Positions 47,037 to 59,383 are shown, counted from the stretch's first letter. The stretch: DNA of 64,000 nucleotides from Zancudomyces culisetae HAW-14-8 (GCA_052426225.1 JBNJNM010000021.1:372001-436000), one strand, 5' to 3'. Numbers and translations are program-made. Notes: generated from the letters alone by a model not told the origin.

Positions 47037-48539
47037 TTAACGAGTAAACCTCAGAAGAAATAAGAATACGAATACTAGGACAATCTGACTTGATAATATA
47101 TTTCGGCTATGTGTCGATGCCGTACTACCCAGTAAATTGTTGCTGATTATCTTTACTTCTCTTGGCGTAATACACCCAACACTTGTACGATCATTTAGTA
47201 ACGAACACTCAGTTCCACTACCACACTTCATCTTTGTCCAATTGTTATTCAAGCACTGATAATAAATGTCTTTTCCATCTGTAGAATTACCTTTCGCATT
47301 ACCACCAAGGATTGAAGAATCATTAGCACATTTGAGTTTTCCTTCATCGTCACATGGTTCCAATGCCTCTGGTGCACCCAGTTTGGGATTATAACACACA
47401 GCAATTTCCTCAAACACTACACCATCGCTATTACTGAACTCATTTCTCTTTTTGAGTGCGTTTGGATTGGCATTGCTCATTATACACTCGTTATCACCAT
47501 CGCATGTCATACCAACCCACTCATTTTCAATACATTTCAAAAAAATGTTTTTGTTTTGATCATCACACTTGCTCTCTCCATTGACTTTGCACTTTTCAAC
47601 TTCTTTCTCTGCAACCTCCTTTTCTATACACTGAGCACGCCCTGTGGCCTTGTCCAATTTGCACACATTGGTTCCACCACATTTGCTTACTGTCCAGCCA
47701 TCCTTATCACATTGCAAATAATTGTACTTGCTCACATAATCACACCTGGTCTGACCCAATGTTGTACATGGCTTCTTTTGTGCCAGCTTTTCGCTTTTCT
47801 TTCTGTTCGCAATTTCTTGATAACTTAGACATACCGCCTCTCGCTCACTTTGAGTATAGCACACCGTGTCCATCCCGCAGTCCATTTGTGTCCAATAGCT
47901 ACCAGTACACTTATAAAACCTACGTTCCGACTCTGTTGAGCAAACGGATTTCCCATCCTCAGTGCATGGTTTTTTATATTTGTTTGGATCCTCTATCTGT
48001 TCCGCTTTTTGTTCACCACTCTGTGTTACAAGATTGCTATCACCGGCACTGATTATATCGGCGCTCTGACTTACTTCTTGAGCGGTTGACCCCACCTTTG
48101 GTGCAGTATCAGACAATCCATGAGCGTCAGAATCTGCTACTTTTGTAGAGCTCATATTTTTATTGTCAGGATTTATATTCGTATTCATATTCGTATTGGA
48201 GTTTGTATCTACATCAGCATTCCTACTACCGATAATAGTATTTGGAGCGCTGTTGTCTATGGGTGATGCAGCGACTGTATTTTTGCTGCTTGGTTCCTCT
48301 CCACGCTTGACTTTTAGGTTGTATTTAAAGTCTCCTTCATGGATCTGCTTTTGAGTAAACAACCCAGCATTCGATTCATCTCTCCAAGAGCGGTAGTGAT
48401 TGCTGGATATTTTTTTGTAATCCACACAGTCCTTTGTATCTATAACATTGTTATTTATATCGTTTGCAGAAGTTCCATTGGCACCTATACTGGCAACCAT
48501 TAATACTACTAAAGAACTTATTCCTTTGTAATATTTCAT
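47037..48539 (-). CDS. Secreted, probably GPI-anchored protein with four CBM19-like Cys repeats
   Basis: Signal peptide from ATG 48539; four repeats PC..G...C......Y/F..C....W....C....C; KR dibasic sites; hydrophobic C-terminal tail. Confidence 0.85.
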   Translation of the reverse strand: MKYYKGISSLVVLMVASIGANGTSANDINNNVIDTKDCVDYKKISSNHYRSWRDESNAGLFTQKQIHEGDFKYNLKVKRGEEPSSKNTVAASPIDNSAPNTIIGSRNADVDTNSNTNMNTNINPDNKNMSSTKVADSDAHGLSDTAPKVGSTAQEVSQSADIISAGDSNLVTQSGEQKAEQIEDPNKYKKPCTEDGKSVCSTESERRFYKCTGSYWTQMDCGMDTVCYTQSEREAVCLSYQEIANRKKSEKLAQKKPCTTLGQTRCDYVSKYNYLQCDKDGWTVSKCGGTNVCKLDKATGRAQCIEKEVAEKEVEKCKVNGESKCDDQNKNIFLKCIENEWVGMTCDGDNECIMSNANPNALKKRNEFSNSDGVVFEEIAVCYNPKLGAPEALEPCDDEGKLKCANDSSILGGNAKGNSTDGKDIYYQCLNNNWTKMKCGSGTECSLLNDRTSVGCITPREVKIISNNLLGSTASTHSRNILSSQIVLVFVFLFLLRFTR

Positions 48540-49110
48540 CTCTGTTTGCACCAGGTATTTTTATTAGTCGTTAACTTTAACGTCTTTTAATTTATTTCTG
48601 TTAATTGAGCTGTTTCCCTGATATAATGCATATACTAAAGAAAGGGAAACTATATTTATTTTATTTTATTTGTTCTAGCAAAAACGAAAAAAACATACGA
48701 TTTAAATAGTATCGATTATAACCAAGGTAGAGAACAATGGTACATGATATACAGCACCCTTTTTTTTTTCTCCCATCATTAATTATTGTTTGTTGTATAA
48801 CATTAATTCTCCCCGTTTAGGAGGACCATGAAAACCACATACCTCGAAGAGTAAGGGTGAGATTGAGGGTTACACACCTGTGTTATTGTCTATTTTCTCA
48901 ATACTTAGTCTCCAATGCTATTGTTCATCAATGAGAAAAAAGAGTACTGGGAGGGCTCGCGAGAGTGAACAGAAGTACACTTTGATCCTGTCAAACCCAT
49001 CCCTTCCCCTCACTTGTATTTCTTTCCATCTTTTCTCTTCCAATCTTTACTTTCTTTATCCTTCATTCCTTATTCTTTCCTGCAACTCCCCGCTTATTTC
49101 ATAACTTTTT

Positions 49111-49164
49111 GAGGAGTATGAGGAGTATGAGGAGTATGAGGAGTATGAGGAGTATGAGGAGTAC
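49111..49164. repeat. (GAGGAGTAT)x6 intergenic minisatellite
   Basis: Five perfect 9-mers plus GAGGAGTAC. Confidence 0.95.
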
Positions 49165-51269
49165 GCGAAGTGGGGATAGGGCTTTGAGCTCAATGAAAAA
49201 GATTTTGAACATGAATTGGAAGAAACACCAACGCAGCTCCTAATGACAATAGTACCTTTCATGTTACCATATGCTTGTGTGTACCCATCCTAGCTCATAG
49301 CAAGGAGAATATTTTTTTGCTTTAGTTTTCAAAGTTGGTGATGTCTTTCTTTCTTTCTCTCCCCTCCCCTTGTATCCACTCACTTTGTAATTGAAAGAAC
49401 AAAAACGTTTTTCGTTTAACTAAAAATGTTTTTGGGACATTTTTTTTTGGAGGGGTATTTGTATAAGAGAGTAGAAAAATAGGCATTCAAGAGCCAGCAA
49501 TGTCATACCATTATTCTCCCTACTTTCATTATATCACTAAATAAATTTGCACTCAATATTTACCCCATTTTATTCTAATTGTTTTCAAATTACTTATTTG
49601 TTATTTATTGGAGTCTAATGATTGTTTTTACCACTATTTCATAAACCTAGCAAGAAAATCATAGAAAAAAATACTTGAGGGAGAAAGGCTTAGACATTAT
49701 ACTCTGAAAGAGTGTGTCGAAAGGAGGTGGGGTGGGAGAGATGTGAAGTTATATTTTATTATTTCTTGTTGTATATCTATTTAGTCATTCCTATACTAAA
49801 AGTGACATATCAAGTTTTTGCCTATTTTGTTTATTGTTTATTTTTAGGCTCAATAATGCACAATATACTAATAATCATTCCACAGCATTATTATATTAAT
49901 TGTCAAGCTAACTTGTATACATTAGAGTTACTTTGCTTGTATTAGAATAGTAATATCCTACTCCCTCATTAAATACTCAAAAATAATAACTTTTGAGCGA
50001 TGCTGGAAGTGCGACAAAACTGTATTATGGTATTCTAATGTGTACCAGACTATGGCACAAAAAAGCTGATCGATGAAATCAAGAGAATCTAAGGCGTAAT
50101 GATAATTATCTGTTATTGAGTTGTATACCACTAATCTAATAATAAATTGATTGTTCTTGCCACAGCTCTGGGAATAAAATGCTTTGAATAATGGCGTGTG
50201 TAAGTGCGTGCTGTATCGTGTACTAGATATGGGTGCATTCATATCGTTGTTTACGATAGTATCTAGATTTGTGGGCACAAACATAAATTTTCTTTTCTCA
50301 GTCATAACTACCACCATCACTCTACCCATTGCTTTCCTTTTCCTTTGAAATGAGAAACACAAAATGTTTTTTTTTCAGTGACCCAGAAAGCAATACAATC
50401 AATAAACAAATTCAACTAGCCAGAATACTCAGCTCTGAATGCACCAAAAAGACAAGGTCCATAGACAGCAGAAGTACTTGGGCATCCTTGCTCATTTTGC
50501 TTTGAGCACTTTTTCTCTTAGGAACGGTTTTATGGAGCTCTGTACAGACCTTACGCATCGGAGAAAAAGAAAAAAAAAGATCTTTTACACATCTTTATTA
50601 AATAACTCCAGCTTTTAAAAGTAAAAGGTATATCTAGAAGGCAGTAGTAACTATTGATGTAAACTTGATATGTTTGCTCATGAAGGCACTGTTTATTTTA
50701 AACCCTATTTTTTGCAAAATAAAAAAGTGAAATGAGGGGTTTACCATAGTATGCCCTTCTCTTCCCGGTGAGTTCTCAATATTAACCTTCTTATATATCT
50801 CAGTGTGCAGTTTCCAACACTATAGTTCATGAGTACTCAAACTACTGACTCCAACTCCAAGCGTATAGTTTGGTAGCGTATAACCAGCTCTGTAAACTGG
50901 TACTGAAAAATATAATAACCCAGAATAATATGGTAATTGATCACAATGCGTTGATTCGCCCACTGATTTTCTATTATTTTTCCTGATTTGAGAAAATATG
51001 TCAAATCAATTGTAATTGAAAAAAAAAACACAAGTTAAAAAGCTGAGATAAAATATCAAGTGCAAATGAGCAAATAATCGAAAAATCGAAACCAAACCAA
51101 GCCAAAGCTGAAACAAATTCCTTCCCATCAAACCCTAACAAATTTCACTGGTTTGTGTGTGCAATAAAAAAATAGATGGAATAAAACCGATATAAATACA
51201 TTTATTATTGTTTTCTTCTTTCGCTTTTTTCTAGAAAAACAAAATTTTCGTATTCTATTCAACACAAAA

Positions 51270-51831
51270 ATGAGCCACAAGAAAGAAGTCATCCTCCCAA
51301 ACTCAGCACCATCAGCTGGTCCCTACTGTAAGTTCAACGTTTGTATTTACTATCTTGTCTAGCTTTTTTCTGTCCTGTTTTCGCACTCTTAAATTTCAAC
51401 TCTTCACATTATTCCAAGCTCTACTGTTCTGTTGTTGGGTTTTACGAGAAAATTAAAAGATTTTACTAAACAATAAGTTGGCTATCTATCTATCTGCAGC
51501 ACCAGGAATCATTTCAAATGGTTTTGTTTTCACAGCCGGTCAACTCGCTATCGATCCAGTAACAAAGCAATTTGTTAATGGAGATATTACCGAACAAACA
51601 AGAATCAGCTTGATGAATGTAAAGGCTCTTGTCGAGGCTGCTGGAAGTTCAATGGACCACGTAGTAAAAACCACCGTCTATTTGGCAGATATCAACGAAT
51701 GGCCAATAATGAACGAAGAATACTCCAAGCACTTTAGCAAACCAGCACCTGCTCGCTCTGCATTCCAGGTTGCAGCTCTCCCACTTGGAGCCAAGGTTGA
51801 AATCGAAGTCATTGCTGCCATCCCAAATTGA
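51270..51831 (+). CDS. RidA/YjgF/UK114 imine deaminase; 2 exons (intron 51329-51499)
   Basis: APSAGPY|SPG, AGQL, VVKTTVYL, PARS and LPLGAKVEIE; no presequence, so cytosolic Hmf1-like. Confidence 0.95.
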
Positions 51832-52251
51832 GCTAAATAATATTGTCTTTTGAATGATAAACCTAGTGTTGGAACTCGAAAATAAAACCCATTTAAAGCT
51901 AGTAAAAGTTCATATATGTGTTTTATTACTTTTTTTTGACGTTTCGTGACTTTAAATAAAATAATTAGGCGTTTTTCCGCGAATACATCATAAGGTTGTT
52001 TACAATTGCTTGGTATATGTACTGTTGTAGGACCGAAATTTAAATGATCTTTTATTTTACCTCTGGGATCATACTTTCATTCAAAATTTTTTTTGGTATT
52101 TTCTCGATTAAATTTTTGGTTGGAAAACTAAAAGAAAGAAAAAAAAAGAAAAAACTCTTCTGATGTTCGGTTTATTTGATTATTAAACACACATTGTACA
52201 TATTTTAACTAACCCCGAAATTATAGAATACCAACACAGCTGATAACAAGA

Positions 52252-53340
52252 ATGAGATTAACGCCATTAACTTTGTCGAGCATTATAGAAAAACACTTGG
52301 GTGAAATCACCGAGTTGAATCTAAATAACAAGGAAATTAGCCACATCGAAGATATATCATGCTGTACAAGTTTGCGAAAACTGAATCTTTCCAACAACAA
52401 ATTAAAGTCAGACGAGTGTTTCAGCGGTTTGAAGTATGTCACTGAGCTTACTTACCTGAACATGTCCAAAAATGAAATGGAATCTATAGATGGAGTCGGT
52501 GATTTAAGAAATCTAACAGGTGAGTACAAGTTTTATATTCATGATTACTTTTTTTTCTATTTAAACACCATTGGTACTGCTACTGAAAAGAGTATTCAGG
52601 TGTATGGGAATGTAATAATAATAATCAAACAAACAAGCAAATAAACATTAAAGCGAAATTCTCAATAAAACGTAGTCTTGAACTTGAGTAACAACCAAAT
52701 AACTCGGGTTCCTCAAGGTATTGTGAACTGTGAAAAACTCAAGGCGCTTATATTGAATAATAACCAGCTCAAAACAGTCGATAATATTCTTGGACTGAGT
52801 GAACTCGGTACCTTGGTTATTTCACATAACCAGATCGAAGCTCTTTCAGGGCTGGTTGGGATGTCAGGGCTGACTAAGCTTAGTGCTGCACATAACAAGT
52901 TGCGTGTATTTCCCAACTTTGGAGACAACGAAAACATGAAAGAAATGCGGCTGAACAACAATAAGATTCAAAAAGTTCCCGAGTATATTGGGAAATGTAT
53001 CAACCTGAGTGTCTTGGATTTAGGAAATAACCTAATTGCAGAGTTCAGCAGTATTGAATCACTCAGGCTACTTCGACATCTTGACAACCTAAATCTTAAG
53101 GGAAATGCCATAACTGAGGTGGAAGGGTATCGGGAAAAGGTGCTGGAAATGATCCCAAGCCTCAGAATTCTGGATGGTCAGCGATTTGACCCAAAATTTC
53201 TAGCTCGGAAGGAGAAACGGGCAATCATTGATGAGATAAAAGTTAGAGAAAAGAGAGAAAGGGATTTGGGGCTGAAGCCCGGTGCCTTGAAAAAGGAATA
53301 TATGAACAAATCTCAAAAGAAAGCTAAAATCCAAAAATAG
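52252..53340 (+). CDS. SDS22-type leucine-rich repeat protein with LRRcap and a basic tail; 2 exons (intron 52520-52675)
   Basis: About 10 LxxLxLxxNxI repeats followed by YREKVLEMIPSLRILDG. Confidence 0.9.
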
Positions 53341-53729
53341 ATGATGGTATATGACTTGATACTAAATGATTCATTATGTACATGGCACGAAAACAAACAT
53401 GGTAAATGTGCAACACCATTACCAGTATACATCTAGCTTTATTCGCGTGTTTATAGCGTTTGTTTTTGTTTATAACCTTTGTTTTCTCTTTTTTTTTTAG
53501 AATCACTACAGCTTATACATCGAACCCATAATGCGCCTATATCGTGTTTTATTTTTTTGAGCCCCTATTTATTTCTGAGAAAGCGGGGTTTTAAACAGGA
53601 GTATAAAAGCTTAAACGCAAATAAAGAGTGCGAAATGGAGGCTAGGTAGAAAAAAAAGTAAGGAGTGTTAATCCTTGCAAAATTCGTACAGCTCACCACG
53701 AGAAAGATGGATCCGATGGATAGGTAGTT

Positions 53730-54812
53730 TTACAAACTTACACGCTTCAAAGTCGCAGTACCTTGCATAGCCAAACCATCCTCATCGTTTATTGCCCATA
53801 GTTCACATTTCAATTGATCTGGGCGGTCTCCGGCATCCAACATTTGTTTTTGTTCAGCATTCCACTTTCCACATAATGTCATTTTGGATTTTACATATAG
53901 TGGGCTTACAGCCCGATAGCTGAAGGTGTGTACTTTGTAACCAGTGGGTAAGTTGCAGCGCAGATTCTCCAACAAGAGAGTACAAGTTAATGGACCATGT
54001 ACAAGTAGATTGGGATGCTTCTCCACTTTGTTAGCGTAGTTAAAATCGTAATGTATAAGATGCGAGTTCCATGTAAGTGCGGAGTATCTGAAAAGCGAAA
54101 TGTTTGATGGAACAAAAGAATGTTGAAAATCGGGCTCATTCTTTGGTTTTACATTTTTTCTTGCGGGACTCATTTTCTCCATATATGCCAACTCTCTTCT
54201 CTCGGTTATACTAAGACCATTTTCGTTGAAAACCTCTCGTTTAATCCCCACCATGATAAGCGGACCTCCCGATTCTATTGGCCGATACTTTTCTTTGACG
54301 CTGTCTATTTGCGAAACAAGTGTTGCAGTATGACCAACTCTTAGGGGATTCTCCGTGCTAAATGTCAGGGAACCGCCTGCCCATACCCTTTGATTATACG
54401 GTTCTGGTGGTGACTCTTCTTCATTGTACCCATCAAGAGACAGCTCATGTTCCGTGTAGTTTGGCAAAAAGTACAGTAAATGTGAATTTAATGGCAGCTC
54501 TGTCCCTTCTTCGACTTCTCTTGCTCGCGTTATCTTGGGAACTGGGTATGTTTGTGGCAAAAGTGGCGATACAGTGCTTTGAAAATATACCAGGGGCTTT
54601 CCATAGATTTTCTCTACAAATTCCTCCTTTTTGTTTAGTGCACCTTGTGCCCATTCATCGACTGTGCCTTGTTTTTTATTCTGGGGTCTGGTCGTAAAGA
54701 ATCCCTTGGTGTTGAACCTGTGTACTGTAGGCCCAATTGAGTTAGCGCTAGTCAAGTTGAAGAGAATGTGTTTTCCACGGTTTATGTGTTTTGCTTTTTG
54801 AAATAACGTCAT
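53730..54812 (-). CDS. HTD2: Mitochondrial hydroxyacyl-thioester dehydratase (double hot-dog fold)
   Basis: HLLYF, RVWAGG, LFRYSALTWNSHLIHYD, VHGPLT and YRAVSPLY; basic presequence. Confidence 0.88.
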   Translation of the reverse strand: MTLFQKAKHINRGKHILFNLTSANSIGPTVHRFNTKGFFTTRPQNKKQGTVDEWAQGALNKKEEFVEKIYGKPLVYFQSTVSPLLPQTYPVPKITRAREVEEGTELPLNSHLLYFLPNYTEHELSLDGYNEEESPPEPYNQRVWAGGSLTFSTENPLRVGHTATLVSQIDSVKEKYRPIESGGPLIMVGIKREVFNENGLSITERRELAYMEKMSPARKNVKPKNEPDFQHSFVPSNISLFRYSALTWNSHLIHYDFNYANKVEKHPNLLVHGPLTCTLLLENLRCNLPTGYKVHTFSYRAVSPLYVKSKMTLCGKWNAEQKQMLDAGDRPDQLKCELWAINDEDGLAMQGTATLKRVSL

Positions 54813-56743
54813 TTTTTTGCCTCCTTTTTTTATTCTATATCTTGACTAAACAGTACAAAGATGTTCTCTTTTAGTATACACTAGAATCGTCAAATCAGTT
54901 CAAAAATTATAATGGTTATGAAGATACTTGCTCGGATATCAGAATATCTTGTCCTAAGTACAAAAACACGAGTTACCAAATAAAAAGAGAGTGCTAAAGA
55001 CCTGGAACCAAAGATAAACTGGCGGAGTTTCGGTACAATTGTACACAATAAACCCCCTCTCCCCTTAGCCTTTTTTTTTTACACACGGGGTTTCTTGGAT
55101 CTTTCTTTTTTTCATGAGGTTTCGATTAACATTTGTGCCAATAGTGTTTCACCGATTATTTGGTGACATGAAACACCAGGTTTTATTTCTGGATACTGCT
55201 GCTTTATGGATTTCGTGGAATCCTTATCCAGATGAAAACAAGTATATAGTAACTAGAAAATACAGCAAAGGCTGTCAGTGCGTTTGATGTTGTTTCTGCA
55301 TCCCTCCAAACACCTCGTATATGCGTGAAATTAGCTCAATCTTCATAGCAACAAGTGTATACGCTCTCATATATTCTTGCAGTACATGTCCTCTCGCGTC
55401 GGTTCATGTTTTTGAAAACAGACGTCCAGGTAATTCTTGTTGACTTTAGTGTATAAATGCAAGATATAAGCCAAGCGCTAGCTGTTCTTGTTAGACAAAA
55501 CCATAGTTGGAAATGTGCGATATGAAGACAACACAACTACACTGCGCTGATCATCTGCGTCATGCTAATATTATTTCGCCAATGTTTTCTGTCTATTTGT
55601 TATTTTTACTGGTGTATATACCGCCACACATCGTATACACCACCTTGTGCATTGGTATGTGGTATTTCTCGGTTAAATATAAACCTTTTTGTACACATTC
55701 TCGTTTTATGAGAATTACATATTATTTGTAATTGTTAACGGAAAAAATGTACTGAAAAATGAAAAATAATGCTAAGGATTCTTTGCTGACACCCAACACG
55801 CTTTTTTCTTGAGTTCACACAGAAAAATGTAGGATAATGTTCCTGCTCTTTCCTCTAACCCAGCACAGAATGCTGGATTCATTTTCAAAACATCTGGAAT
55901 ACAGCTGCTGAGAAATATGTCTAGTCAACATTAAATGGCGTGATAGCGGGAAAAGATGCTTATTTAGATAAAAAAAAAGGCCTTCTTCAGTAGCAATTTG
56001 GACTGTGTATGTGAGTATATGTGCGGATTTTATTTCTGAATTCTTCTGCAAATTGGCCTGCCCAGCTCCGAGTATGCTACAATCTCAGATGGATAATTAA
56101 GACGACATAGTGGGATCTTCTCTTTTGGACGTGATTACGAGATATCCAGGCAATTTGTAACAAAGCGAGTCAGAGTTTGTTGTGGTGATTACAAGAATTT
56201 TCAATGGTCAAAAAGGTGAAGGCAGAATTCCAGGGAAAAGCGAAATAATGGGCTCACATTTCCACTCAACCTCACTTTTTGTTTTGTAAACATTGCCCTA
56301 CCTTGGCTCATCTGTTTGCTAAGCTCTAACCTAAGCATTGTAACATCCTCAGTAAGGTAAAAACAATTACCACCTAAAAGAGAAAAGTATGCTGCAATTT
56401 TTTTAATTGTTTACAAAATTTTGCTACTTGTGGCTTTTAAAAGTTGTACCAAATTGCAACCAATTTGTACAGAAGTACAACCTGCGTAAAAAAAACACAA
56501 TTTCAAGTCAAACCGGTTTTTTTTACCAAGTAAAATGTATTGCAATAAAAGTGCTTTTTAAAATTGGAATCAGGTCTTTCTCGGCGTATAGTAGAATATA
56601 ATTATATCAAACGTGAGACCGAGTTGGCACCTACAAAATACAGTAGAGGGGTGCTGAACTCAAGTATTTGTCACTGAAATCAATAGACCTTAGAGCTGAA
56701 TGTTTTTAAACATTACGCATTCATAGTAAATTGGAATCATAAA

Positions 56744-59383
56744 ATGGCACCTCCTCAGAAAGAAAGAATAGGTGAAAATAGGCAAAGAATGCAGGATATA
56801 GATAAACTTGGAGAATTCTCCAGTTTGAATGCCTTTCCAAGCCTCGAAAAAATCGACAGCGATGACACGGATGTATCTAGTGGAAAAAGAAAAGACGAAC
56901 AATTCGAACAAGATAGCAAATACGAACTAACCAACATAACAAGCTCTTTTGAGGAAAATGAGCGAAAAAAAGAGCTGAAAGGGTGGAAAATGAATCATAC
57001 AAAAATAAAACTAAGTAGATTCGTGAACAGATATAGCTTTGGGGATGTGGAGAGGCAAGTGATGCATACGAAAGTAAGAAGCAGGTCACAGTCTGTTCCG
57101 GTGATTCCAAAAGATGTGTTGGAATTCGCAGTGAATACGGATGGAAAACATGCGAGGAAGCGAGAATCCAAAAAAACCCTTTTTGAGCAGGAGCCCACCT
57201 CCGCGGTGAATACAAAAGCCACTAAAAAGGAAAGTATGACGATAATGCTAAAAGGACACAAACGAGAAGATAGCAATAAGCAAGTAAAATACAGAAATAG
57301 GAAAAGAATGATAACTTTATGGGAGCAGCACAATAACATGCTGGATGAGGTGGACGTGGAGAAAATCGATGACTTGAAACGACGGAGAGTGGTACACTTT
57401 TTGCTAGTGCCTTGGGAGATAGAAAAATTGATGACACTGGGAATAGCGGTGTGCGCAGCTTCGATGGTCAAGACGTTGGTAACACTGCCAGCAAAGGCAT
57501 TCCTGGGTGCCACGCAATTACTAAAAGGAGCCACTGTTAGAATCAAAAGTAAAATAAACAATAAAAATTATGTGATAGTGTGGCCAACTGTAGATAGAGT
57601 AACAGACCTAGCGAAATTTTCCATATTGGGGCTTGCATGTATAGTTGTGGGGAATATAGATGCAGCAAAGGTGTATCATACAATTAGGGCCCAGTCGACC
57701 CTTAAGCTTTATTTTATATTTAATACTCTTGAATTATTCGACAAGTTGTTATCATCGCTGGGCTTGGATATTATTGATTCTTTGCACATCAGCGTCGGTG
57801 AATATTACAATGATAATGAAAAGCATAAGAGAACGCTTTTCACTTTTGTGGGACATTTAATTCTGAGTTTTTTGTATGTAACTATACACTCACTTGTACT
57901 GTACTACCAGATTCTCACACTCAATGTAGCCATCAATTCATATAGCCAACAACTAGTTTCCTTGCTGATTTCCAACCAATTTGTGGAACTAAAGGGGAAT
58001 ATACTAAAAAGATTTGAAAAGGAGAATCTGTTCCAACTGACTTGTGGTGATATTGTCGAACGCTTCCAGGAGATCATAATACTTTCGCTGATATTTTTCC
58101 GGAACTTTATAGAGATGAATGAGTACCAAATAACTGGATGGAATATCAACGCCGAGGATTTATTTACTAGACTACTTGTACCTGTTTTTATGATTCTTGG
58201 GACTGAACTACTCGTAGACTGGGTCAAACATGCATATATCACTAAATTTAACTGGATTAGACCACAAGTCTACGAAAAATATGGCCATGTGCTGTGTAGA
58301 GATCTTGTGGATTCACAACATAAAGATGACCTAACTGGTCCGTCAGTACCTGTTTCTGCATCTCCTGAAGCGAGCTCAAATAAGACGTTCGACCATGTGA
58401 ATTTTGTAGCAAAAAAAATTGGGTTTATACCGCTTCCTCTGCTTTCTGTGTTACTTCTTATGACATTTCAATCCATCTCGTTGATTCTCGGACCGTTTTC
58501 CTCGCCCTTAAAAACACTGCTGCTGTTTCCTAAAATGTATTTTTATTATGTCTTCTCCGCAATCTCTGTTTCCTACCACCTTGTGACAAACCTAGTATCT
58601 CCGACAGCAAACTTTGCCCTGTTTTGTATTAACACTACAGTTTCTATAATAGCCAACAGCCATACTTACCTATCACTAAAAAATATCATAACTAGGTATA
58701 TATTTATGTATGGTCATATAGATGAACATGTAGTCTTTGAGAGACTAGCTACAATCCCTCATATAACCTATGGATCCATATCTTACATAGCTGGGTATAC
58801 AAATCGTTATTACAATAAAGCGATTGGGCTTTTCAGGATACTCACTCCTCCAATAACTGATGGTGAGATGCGAAACTTCCTGGGTTTCTTTTATTTCACA
58901 ATGCTAATCATACTTGTGTACGTAATCTTTTCATTGGTTAATCTCTACTCGTCCTATCTGTTGAAAAGGTATGCCCTAAACAGGTACCTAAGCTACACAA
59001 AAAAACCTAATGAACCTACCACAGTACCTCTATCAGCCTCTATCAGCAACAGTAGTAACAGCAGCAAAACTGGCCACACCAGCACTATTCGCAATTATGA
59101 TCGCGACCGCAACCATAGTTCAAATACAGTTGCCAGTATAAACACCAACAAAAGCGATGTAGTTCCGGAAATTCTAGTGAATAATAAACCTATAGGATCG
59201 CAGAAGCCCCAAAATACAGAGAATTTTGATGATGAAACTAAAGGTGTTGATGTTGGGAGGCTAAAAGGCATAGCAAGCTTTATAAGTAACGACGCTGAGG
59301 ATAAGAAATGGGAGTCATTCAAACCAAAATACACTTTAGATAATGTCACTCGGTATTCTTTGGTTAAAAGTAGAATCCCTTGA
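56744..59383 (+). CDS. EMP65: TAPT1/Emp65 (DUF747) ER membrane protein
   Basis: YHTIRAQSTLKLYFIFN, TLNVAINS, ISNQFVELKG, KRFEKENLFQ, DIVERF and VDWVKHAYITKFN. Confidence 0.93.
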   Translation: MAPPQKERIGENRQRMQDIDKLGEFSSLNAFPSLEKIDSDDTDVSSGKRKDEQFEQDSKYELTNITSSFEENERKKELKGWKMNHTKIKLSRFVNRYSFGDVERQVMHTKVRSRSQSVPVIPKDVLEFAVNTDGKHARKRESKKTLFEQEPTSAVNTKATKKESMTIMLKGHKREDSNKQVKYRNRKRMITLWEQHNNMLDEVDVEKIDDLKRRRVVHFLLVPWEIEKLMTLGIAVCAASMVKTLVTLPAKAFLGATQLLKGATVRIKSKINNKNYVIVWPTVDRVTDLAKFSILGLACIVVGNIDAAKVYHTIRAQSTLKLYFIFNTLELFDKLLSSLGLDIIDSLHISVGEYYNDNEKHKRTLFTFVGHLILSFLYVTIHSLVLYYQILTLNVAINSYSQQLVSLLISNQFVELKGNILKRFEKENLFQLTCGDIVERFQEIIILSLIFFRNFIEMNEYQITGWNINAEDLFTRLLVPVFMILGTELLVDWVKHAYITKFNWIRPQVYEKYGHVLCRDLVDSQHKDDLTGPSVPVSASPEASSNKTFDHVNFVAKKIGFIPLPLLSVLLLMTFQSISLILGPFSSPLKTLLLFPKMYFYYVFSAISVSYHLVTNLVSPTANFALFCINTTVSIIANSHTYLSLKNIITRYIFMYGHIDEHVVFERLATIPHITYGSISYIAGYTNRYYNKAIGLFRILTPPITDGEMRNFLGFFYFTMLIILVYVIFSLVNLYSSYLLKRYALNRYLSYTKKPNEPTTVPLSASISNSSNSSKTGHTSTIRNYDRDRNHSSNTVASINTNKSDVVPEILVNNKPIGSQKPQNTENFDDETKGVDVGRLKGIASFISNDAEDKKWESFKPKYTLDNVTRYSLVKSRIP

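Noticed and set aside
49056-49262. ORF containing SSY repeats
   Set aside because: Explained by the 9-bp minisatellite; no other coding signal
51130-51139. AAACCCTAAC telomere-like motif upstream of RidA as another template
   Set aside because: Short, located in a promoter and without an enclosing helix; more likely a Tbf1/telo-box site or chance
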